The notes under the pieces are model-generated. The model was not told where the DNA came from and made no database searches. It saw only the letters and a list, made by a program, of their open reading frames with translations. A DNA stretch of 32,860 nt from a virus (Duplodnaviria; Caudoviricetes): positions 1 to 32,860 of the IMG/VR virus record IMGVR_UViG_3300017774_002720. One strand, 5' to 3'. Both the position numbers and the translations under genes were made by a program. Below are positions 10,689-17,616 of the stretch, one piece after another. Position 1 is the first letter of the stretch, and each line of letters starts with the position of its first letter.

Positions 10689-12059
10689 ATGCCAGTATCA
10701 TCAGGAACAATGGTGAAATCCTTCGTATCTGCGATTGATTTCTTAGACCAAAGGGACATCGACCCTAACATTTACGACCAAAGTCGTGACAGAGCTTTTA
10801 CCGATATTATGAAAATCGTTAATCGCACAAAACCAGCTAAAATGTTTTTCTACAATAACTTCGTTAACAACGATGTTTATGAAGTAGCAACAATTTCGGC
10901 TGTTACAACTACAGGAGCAGTAACTGTTGTATTTACAATTACAGGTGGAGCATATCTTTTCCCAAGAGTTGGAGATTTGATTAAAACTTCAAACACTTCT
11001 AACGTAGGTAAGCAAGCATTAGTTACTATAGTAGACACTACAACAACTGCTGGTTCTGCAATTATTACTGCAAAATCTGTTGACAACACAAACTTTGCAG
11101 TTGTAGTTAACGATAGAGTTCAATTTGGTTCAAATGCATTCTCAGAACAATCTGGTGCACCAACAAATCGTAGATATGGTTTAACTAAATACTACAATAA
11201 CATTCAAATATTTCGTGAAGTTGATGAGATTTCAGATGTACAGAAAGTTGCTAAAATTGAAGTTAATGTAGGTGGTGATTATCATATCTTACCTTACCAA
11301 ACAGTTCAGAAAGTTATCAAGTTAAATGGTGATATTTCTGTACAAATGTTAGCTGGTACTCAATCAACAACAGGGTTTACAAATGCATCTCCATTTGCTA
11401 CAACTCCAGTTCTTACTGGTTCAAATGGTTTGCCTATTCAAACAACTGGTGGTCTTGATTGGTATGTAACTAACTACGGTATTTCTGATAGTGCTACTAC
11501 ATTAGGTACATTCGGTTTTGTTGAGTTAGATGAAATCATTGACAACTTTATTGCTAATAAAGCACCTACAGATATGATGGTGTTTATGGGAAGTCGTGCT
11601 TATCGTTTGATTTCTAAATTCTTAAAGCAATTAGGTTCATCTTCAGTAGATTCAAGACGTTTGAACGTAGATGGTAAAGACTTTGATTTCAACGTAGAGC
11701 ACCTTTCTTATGGTGGTTACGAATTTGATTTCTGTCATGTTCCTATCTTTGACCATCCACAATTATTTTCTGCTACATTAGTTGCTGATGTTAACGGTTC
11801 TTTGTACTTTGTACCAAAAGACCAAGTTGATACAGTAGACAATGGTCGTCAACCAAGAATGCAGATTCGTTATACTCCTACTCCATTTATGGGTAGCGCA
11901 GCTAACAAGTCTTCTAATGGTATGATTACTGAGTGGAGAACAGGTGCTTTGGCTGAAATTCCAACATCATCAACTATGCAATTGCATACTGACTGGGAAA
12001 CAGCACAAGGTCTTGAGTGTTTAGCAGTTAAACATTTCCAAAAGTTCAGAGTTATCTAA
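10689..12059 (+). CDS. Major capsid protein
   Basis: 456 aa after the scaffold. HK97-like segment YYNNIQIFREVDEIS and a beta-rich T/V insertion. Codon usage looks like a highly expressed gene (CGT, GGT, TTC, AAC). Followed by a terminator. Confidence 0.85.
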   Translation: MPVSSGTMVKSFVSAIDFLDQRDIDPNIYDQSRDRAFTDIMKIVNRTKPAKMFFYNNFVNNDVYEVATISAVTTTGAVTVVFTITGGAYLFPRVGDLIKTSNTSNVGKQALVTIVDTTTTAGSAIITAKSVDNTNFAVVVNDRVQFGSNAFSEQSGAPTNRRYGLTKYYNNIQIFREVDEISDVQKVAKIEVNVGGDYHILPYQTVQKVIKLNGDISVQMLAGTQSTTGFTNASPFATTPVLTGSNGLPIQTTGGLDWYVTNYGISDSATTLGTFGFVELDEIIDNFIANKAPTDMMVFMGSRAYRLISKFLKQLGSSSVDSRRLNVDGKDFDFNVEHLSYGGYEFDFCHVPIFDHPQLFSATLVADVNGSLYFVPKDQVDTVDNGRQPRMQIRYTPTPFMGSAANKSSNGMITEWRTGALAEIPTSSTMQLHTDWETAQGLECLAVKHFQKFRVI

Positions 12060-12073
12060 TTAGTAAACAATAG

Positions 12074-12104
12074 TGTGGGGGAAGAAATTCCCCTACATAT
12101 TTTT
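12074..12104 (+). terminator. Intrinsic terminator after the major capsid gene
   Basis: TGTGGGGGAA-GAAA-TTCCCCTACA stem with a GNRA loop, followed by TATTTTT. Confidence 0.75.
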
Positions 12105-12125
12105 AAAAATATAAAATAATATAAA

Positions 12126-12368
12126 ATGGCAAATTCAGTAAGTGTTTCCGTAACTGGACAAAATAATATAGCATATCCAGCTGCAAGAGTAATGGGATTT
12201 CCTACACAAGGGGTTTTAATAGAAGCAGTAACATTCCCTGCTACATTACCAAGTGGATTACCTAATCCTTTAGCTTCTTGTGTTACTCAATTAACGCTTT
12301 TAGCAACAGCTACTAAATATTACAGTGTCACTGCAACAGCGACTGTAATTACAGCAGCAAATGCTTAA
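12126..12368 (+). CDS. Small A/T/V-rich protein, candidate capsid decoration protein
   Basis: 80 aa directly after the capsid gene, nearly uncharged and beta-prone. Call is positional. Confidence 0.45.
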   Translation: MANSVSVSVTGQNNIAYPAARVMGFPTQGVLIEAVTFPATLPSGLPNPLASCVTQLTLLATATKYYSVTATATVITAANA

Positions 12369-12382
12369 TAAGTTTTTTTAAA

Positions 12383-12409
12383 AGTTGGGGGAGTTTTACT
12401 TCCCCAACT
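12383..12409. terminator. Hairpin (terminator or RNA-stability/processing element)
   Basis: AGTTGGGGGAGT-TTT-ACTTCCCCAACT 12-bp stem. The U-tract is weak on + and only a short T run on -. Confidence 0.55.
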
Positions 12410-12446
12410 AATTTAACCAATTCAACCAATTTAAAATCAAATAATA

Positions 12447-13358
12447 ATGTCATTAGAAAATTTTGCGCATTTTAACGACCTATCTCCTGAGTTGAGATTA
12501 GAGTTAGAACAAAAAGTAGAATCATTTGGTAAAAGAGTAAGGTATAAGTTTGATATAACAAAACCTAACCCTGACCCAGAAAAATACAATGGTGCTTTTG
12601 TGTATCCTAATATGTATACCTTAGACCCGACAAAGTTTACTATTCAAGACCCATATGAAACTAGGGCTGATAAAAGTAAAACAAAAAATATTGGACTTGT
12701 AGATGATAACTTTTTAAGTGACAATGGAATTCCTGAAAGATTTAAAAAAGTTAGAGTTTCGGGTTCTCAAAAATCAATATTGACATTGAATCTTGAAGAC
12801 AATAGAGACGATTTTTACATGGCAATGATGTTAGAATTGCATCCTAAAAACAAGGATAGCAAATTTGCAAGTAAAACAATGCATCACATGATTTCAAGAA
12901 TAGATGAAAATGCTGCTGCAAGAGAAGCTAGAACAGAAAGAAGTGAAAGATTAAAAGCGTTAAATGTTGCACAAGGTATGTCTGATAGCGAATTGATAGA
13001 TTTCGCAGATGCAATGCAATGGGATAGCTCTGATAATATTGAAATATTAAGAAATAGAACAGAAGAATTAGCTGATTCTAATCCAGTATATTTCAATGAT
13101 TTTGTTCAGGGTAAAACTATTGAATATCAGTCAATGATAAAACAAGCAATTAATAAAGGTCTAATCTCTTTTGATAACGCTGAATACAAATTTGTTTGGT
13201 CTGGGAATCAGCAAACGATAGCTGTACTTCCCCCAACAGGACAAAAGACAAACATTGAAAAAATGTCTGAGTGGATGCAAACAAGTGGTAACAAAGGAGA
13301 TGATTTCTATAAAAAAATTAAGGCATTAGTAAGAGGTATTAAAAAGACTTCTGAATAA
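12447..13358 (+). CDS. Head-module protein (positional equivalent of crAss-like gene 75)
   Basis: 303 aa downstream of the capsid gene, with MLELHPKN and a helical C-half. Call rests on gene order. Confidence 0.5.
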   Translation: MSLENFAHFNDLSPELRLELEQKVESFGKRVRYKFDITKPNPDPEKYNGAFVYPNMYTLDPTKFTIQDPYETRADKSKTKNIGLVDDNFLSDNGIPERFKKVRVSGSQKSILTLNLEDNRDDFYMAMMLELHPKNKDSKFASKTMHHMISRIDENAAAREARTERSERLKALNVAQGMSDSELIDFADAMQWDSSDNIEILRNRTEELADSNPVYFNDFVQGKTIEYQSMIKQAINKGLISFDNAEYKFVWSGNQQTIAVLPPTGQKTNIEKMSEWMQTSGNKGDDFYKKIKALVRGIKKTSE

Positions 13359-13391
13359 TTTTTGATTTTGAATTGGTATATCGGCTAAGTT

Positions 13392-13419
13392 GGGTACATT
13401 TGTACTACTGCCCTTTTTT
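13392..13419 (+). terminator. Weak putative terminator
   Basis: GGGTA...TGCCC stem followed by TTTTTT. Confidence 0.35.
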
Positions 13420-13454
13420 ATGTTAGGGAATTTTTAAAATTTAAATAAAATAAA

Positions 13455-13718
13455 ATGGCTACAGTTATTACTAAGACCACAAATCTTATAAAAATAAAAA
13501 CAGATACAAGTTTAGAGAAGTGTTACTCTCTAACTATTGGGTATAAATTTGCACCTAGGCATAATGTTTTAGATACAGCCCTTGAAAATGATGCAATAAT
13601 ATTTACAATAGGTGGTGAGAGTTTTGATATGATGTGTGCCAATGGTATAACTGTAGGAGCTACAAATTATACAACTTTAGCAACTGCATATCCAGCATTA
13701 ATTACGTATCTTACATAA
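13455..13718 (+). CDS. Hypothetical structural protein
   Basis: 87 aa, Thr-rich, with an A-rich leader, inside the structural module. Confidence 0.6.
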   Translation: MATVITKTTNLIKIKTDTSLEKCYSLTIGYKFAPRHNVLDTALENDAIIFTIGGESFDMMCANGITVGATNYTTLATAYPALITYLT

Positions 13719-13728
13719 AATATAAGAG

Positions 13729-14256
13729 ATGAGTTTAACAGCCAATTTCACAACTTCCCAAACATACGGAGTACCTAATTCAATAAACTTTTTAGATACC
13801 TCTACAGGTACAGACAATACTATTACTAGCCGCAGGATTTACATGAAAACTGCGGCTAATACTTATTTAGTACAGAAGGGAACACCTAATATTTATGAAG
13901 TTTGGGGAATTAATAATTCATCAATAACATTAAACGTGTTGCCAAAGGATTATGCTTTAGAGGTTACAGTTGAATGGGTGGCAGGGAATACTGTGGTAAC
14001 TAGCAAGGTGTATAATTTAGGATTTACTTTATACAACGAAACATTTGATTACCAACTTACGCAGGTTTTATCTGCGAACCCATTGGTTATAAACGACAAC
14101 AATTTCTTCCCAAACAAAAGCGATTTAAGAGTAAACATAGACAGTGGTAACCAAGCCATATTCTTTGCAACAGACTTATTTGCAGCACAACAATGTTACG
14201 ACAGGGCTACTAATTTAAGATTAAATTCACAGTATTATTTTAATGCCAATAGTTAA
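13729..14256 (+). CDS. Structural protein with a PKD/Ig-like N-terminal domain
   Basis: ANFTTSQTYGVPNSINFLDTSTG resembles the start of a PKD domain. Helical C-terminus. TAATG-coupled to the next gene. Confidence 0.55.
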   Translation: MSLTANFTTSQTYGVPNSINFLDTSTGTDNTITSRRIYMKTAANTYLVQKGTPNIYEVWGINNSSITLNVLPKDYALEVTVEWVAGNTVVTSKVYNLGFTLYNETFDYQLTQVLSANPLVINDNNFFPNKSDLRVNIDSGNQAIFFATDLFAAQQCYDRATNLRLNSQYYFNANS

Positions 14257-14765
14257 TGTATACAATAGAGGAAATAATAGAAATAGCTAAGATAAGCCAA
14301 TACTTAAGTGCGAATGATATCGCACAGAAGGGCTTATTTGGTGGGGGAGTTGACAACGAACTCCCTAACAAGTTGTATAACATACGCAAGAGTGTAGAAT
14401 GGGCTCACACTTATTCCCAAAACATCACAGAAGTAAACGCAATAGGTTCAATAAACATAATAGACACAGGGCGAATAGGACAAACATTACAGGTCTTTGT
14501 AGATGACCCAGTGTTAGGGTATATATTCTTAGGGCAGTATCAGATACAGCCTGGTGACTCTTCCCCAACAGCAGTAGCTGTATTAGTAGCTAACGCATTA
14601 AATACAAATACGTATGGTTACGTAGCTTCTTCTACAGGGGCAGTGGTTTCGATTACTGCAAGACCTGGCTTGGGAAGTAGTATAAACGGGGGTTTACATT
14701 TATTTGTAAACATTGCTGAATTTCTTGGTATATTTGATGAAACATTTGACAACACTTTTAACTAG
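14256..14765 (+). CDS. Structural adaptor/fibre-docking protein
   Basis: Helical N-terminus, then a beta-rich domain, ending in the repeat IFDETFDNTFN just before a fibre gene. Confidence 0.5.
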   Translation: MYTIEEIIEIAKISQYLSANDIAQKGLFGGGVDNELPNKLYNIRKSVEWAHTYSQNITEVNAIGSINIIDTGRIGQTLQVFVDDPVLGYIFLGQYQIQPGDSSPTAVAVLVANALNTNTYGYVASSTGAVVSITARPGLGSSINGGLHLFVNIAEFLGIFDETFDNTFN

Positions 14766-14771
14766 TAATAT

Positions 14772-16103
14772 ATGTCACAAAAAACGGATGCTCAATTAAT
14801 AACGGAAGCAACAGTCATAAGAACAGAAACGGCTTTAGGTGCTAATACAGCAAATAGAGTAGGAACAATGTTTGTTGATAGCATTGACAGTAAAATCAAT
14901 ACAGATGTAATTGATGCTAATATCGCCTTGGGAAGTAGTGACGCATTAATTCCCACACAAAATGCAGTAAAAACATATGCAGATGGACTTGTGGTAGGTC
15001 TTGTAGATGATAGGGGGAGTTTTACGCCTAGTGTTACATCTCCTGGAGCTTACCCTTCAACAGGAGGAAGTGGGGCAGGAGGTGCTATTAAAAAAGGAGA
15101 TTTATGGTTTATGAGTGCAGCAGGATTCTTGTCTACAACTGCTGTTGTAGCTGGAACTAGTGTTAGGGCATTAGCAGATAATCCAGGACAAACAAACGCG
15201 AATTGGAATATATTAAATTCGGGATTAGGATTTACTCCAGAAAATGTACTTAACAAGTCTACAGATATTACATTAGGTGGAGGGACACCAAGTGATATAT
15301 TGTATCCATCTCAAAAAGCAGCAAAGTCGTACATTGATGATAATGCAGCGTTAGTAGATAGTCAAAATACTTTTTCAAGTTTAAATTTCTTTGATGCAGG
15401 GATTGATGTTGATGGGGAATCTGATATAAATAACGAAATGCGTGTAAGAAATATTGGTATTTCTTTTTTAGATGATGCTAGATTATATATGGGAACAGAC
15501 CCAGGGACTGTTGGTCAAGTGTTAACAAGTCAGGGAGGTACAGTTACACCTACATGGGAAACTCCGACTCCTGGCATTTCCCTAGCAGGAGACAATACTT
15601 TTACAGGAGATAATACATTTACTCAAAGTACACAGTTTACTGCTGGTATATTAAGTCCAGTTGGAGGTACATCTACATTTAATGGAACTCTAGATATAAA
15701 CGGTTTTTTAAGAGTAGGAGGACAACAAGGAACTGCTGGTCAGGTATTAAAACAAGGAGCAAGTGGCATCCCAGCTTGGGGTGATGCTGGGGTATTGCCA
15801 TACAAGGTTTATACTGTATTGTTAAATGATACATTTAATTCGGGATTTACTCAATTTGTATTACAAGATACAATTACGTCTGTAGGGACAACTTTAAATT
15901 GGTTTAGTCAGGGAAATGGAGTTTATCGCTTAGATGCTACAGGGTCTAGCCCATTTACTGAAAATAAAACATGGGTTGTAATTGGTCAGGTTATCGCTGT
16001 TAATACATATTTGCTATCTATGTTGACTAATAGAATTTCTATCAAAACTCAGGCTGGGCAATATTTCCAAAATTTAGCAATAGAAATAAGAGTTTATCCA
16101 TAA
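14772..16103 (+). CDS. Tail or head fibre protein without signal peptide
   Basis: N-terminal ANTANRVG motif. Repeats P[TS]QxAxK[TS]YxD x2, GTxGQVL..G..PxW x2 and GDNTFT x2. C-terminal domain PYKVYT...IEIRVYP. Rich in G/T/S. Confidence 0.75.
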   Translation: MSQKTDAQLITEATVIRTETALGANTANRVGTMFVDSIDSKINTDVIDANIALGSSDALIPTQNAVKTYADGLVVGLVDDRGSFTPSVTSPGAYPSTGGSGAGGAIKKGDLWFMSAAGFLSTTAVVAGTSVRALADNPGQTNANWNILNSGLGFTPENVLNKSTDITLGGGTPSDILYPSQKAAKSYIDDNAALVDSQNTFSSLNFFDAGIDVDGESDINNEMRVRNIGISFLDDARLYMGTDPGTVGQVLTSQGGTVTPTWETPTPGISLAGDNTFTGDNTFTQSTQFTAGILSPVGGTSTFNGTLDINGFLRVGGQQGTAGQVLKQGASGIPAWGDAGVLPYKVYTVLLNDTFNSGFTQFVLQDTITSVGTTLNWFSQGNGVYRLDATGSSPFTENKTWVVIGQVIAVNTYLLSMLTNRISIKTQAGQYFQNLAIEIRVYP

Positions 16104-16107
16104 TAAT

Positions 16108-16527
16108 ATGCAAGTACAAGTAACACAATTTGCTGGGGGAGTAACGGGTCAAGTAGAAGACCCAAGTATAAGAACTACGTCAAGGTATTTGTATGCTTTG
16201 TGTGCCCCTTATAGTTTAAAGGCTTCGTACATTATAAATAATTTTTCAAATGGGGGAACTTCCCCTACATCAGGACTAACTACTATAGTTTCTCCTCTAA
16301 GAATAACACAAGATGACTTTGCTACTGCTACTCAATGGAATGGGGCTAATAGCATAAATCAGGTAATATATGCTTCTTATAGATTGCAAGTTTTTGCTAA
16401 CTTTATAGCTAGGTACTTAACACAGGGTACGGAGTGGGTTAGGACACCTAATGGTATAAATATACTATTGGATGGGTTTGATGCTACTGTTAATGATTAC
16501 GAATTTTATATTGACATAAGTTTATAG
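16108..16527 (+). CDS. Hypothetical structural protein
   Basis: 139 aa in the fibre module, containing YLYALC and a beta-rich C-terminal domain. Confidence 0.6.
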   Translation: MQVQVTQFAGGVTGQVEDPSIRTTSRYLYALCAPYSLKASYIINNFSNGGTSPTSGLTTIVSPLRITQDDFATATQWNGANSINQVIYASYRLQVFANFIARYLTQGTEWVRTPNGINILLDGFDATVNDYEFYIDISL

Positions 16528-16530
16528 TTT

Positions 16531-17613
16531 ATGAATAAAATAATATTATTGGTTTTATTTGTTTTTTCTTATTGTGTGGGAACTTCCCAGTCAATATCAC
16601 AAAGAAGCCAGCCTGTAATAACTGTACAAGATGCTAGACTATTTGCTCAATACAACTTTAGACCTCCTGTATTTGCAGATACCATACAAGCTAACCTTCA
16701 AATAGGGTTAGATAGCTGTGGGGCTTTGATTTTCTCTAGAAGCATAAACTCGTACTACTACAGGGCTTGCAGTCCTAAGAGATGGGTCGCAATAACTTCT
16801 GGAGGTGGCGGAGGGACATTTCAGAATAATATAACAATGAATGCTACTACAGCAAATAGGTTAGGGTATTGGGTGAATGGGGAAACAATTCCCGTTGCAG
16901 GAAAAACATTAGATGAAGCCTTTGAAATAATTACTCAAAAAGCAGTACCTCCAACATACACAGCTCCTACAACAACTATCTCATCTTCCCCAACATCAGG
17001 AAATGTAGAAATAGGTTCATCAATTAATGTTACCTTATCAAGTACATTTACTCAAAACGATGGGGGAGTATTAACATCTACTACTTATTTTAGAGGAGCA
17101 ACGTCATTAGGTGGTAATACAGACGTTATCACTAGTATAACTACACCGATTTCCTACACAGTTCAAAAAGCGTATGCTCAAGGGAATTGTAAAAATAACA
17201 ATTTAGGACAGCAAGATTGTACAGGTAGAATCAATGCTGGCACAGTTACTAGTTCCCCTACAACATTTACTCCATTATCAAAAAGATATTGGGGATATTT
17301 AGATGCAAACACTACTCCTAATAGTGCGCAAATATTAGCCACACAAGGAGGTGGGTCAGAATTAAGTTCATCAAGGGCAGGTACTTTTACAGTAGCAGTA
17401 GCAGGAAGTGATAAGTTTTTATATTATGCTTATCCAGCATCACAATCAAATTTGACATCTTTAACAATAAATGGTTTTCAAACATTGCCTGCTTTCTCTC
17501 CGCCTGTAACAGTTTCGGTAACAAATGCAAGTGGGTATTCGCAAAATTATTTGGTTTATATAAATAGAGGGAATCCTCAAAATGCAGGGTCGGTAACTTT
17601 TATTACACAATAG
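16531..17613 (+). CDS. Signal-peptide-bearing fibre/adaptor-like protein
   Basis: MNKIILLVLFVFSYCVGTS|Q looks like an SPI signal. Ig-like T/S-rich middle (PTYTAPT...), C-terminal YYAYPAS...YLVY domain, and two Cys pairs in the mature part. Confidence 0.7.
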   Translation: MNKIILLVLFVFSYCVGTSQSISQRSQPVITVQDARLFAQYNFRPPVFADTIQANLQIGLDSCGALIFSRSINSYYYRACSPKRWVAITSGGGGGTFQNNITMNATTANRLGYWVNGETIPVAGKTLDEAFEIITQKAVPPTYTAPTTTISSSPTSGNVEIGSSINVTLSSTFTQNDGGVLTSTTYFRGATSLGGNTDVITSITTPISYTVQKAYAQGNCKNNNLGQQDCTGRINAGTVTSSPTTFTPLSKRYWGYLDANTTPNSAQILATQGGGSELSSSRAGTFTVAVAGSDKFLYYAYPASQSNLTSLTINGFQTLPAFSPPVTVSVTNASGYSQNYLVYINRGNPQNAGSVTFITQ

Positions 17614-17616
17614 ATT

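Noticed and set aside
4860-12059. Introns or inteins in terL, portal or capsid genes
   Set aside because: The ORFs are continuous and of plausible length, with no intein terminal motifs or homing endonuclease signatures seen.
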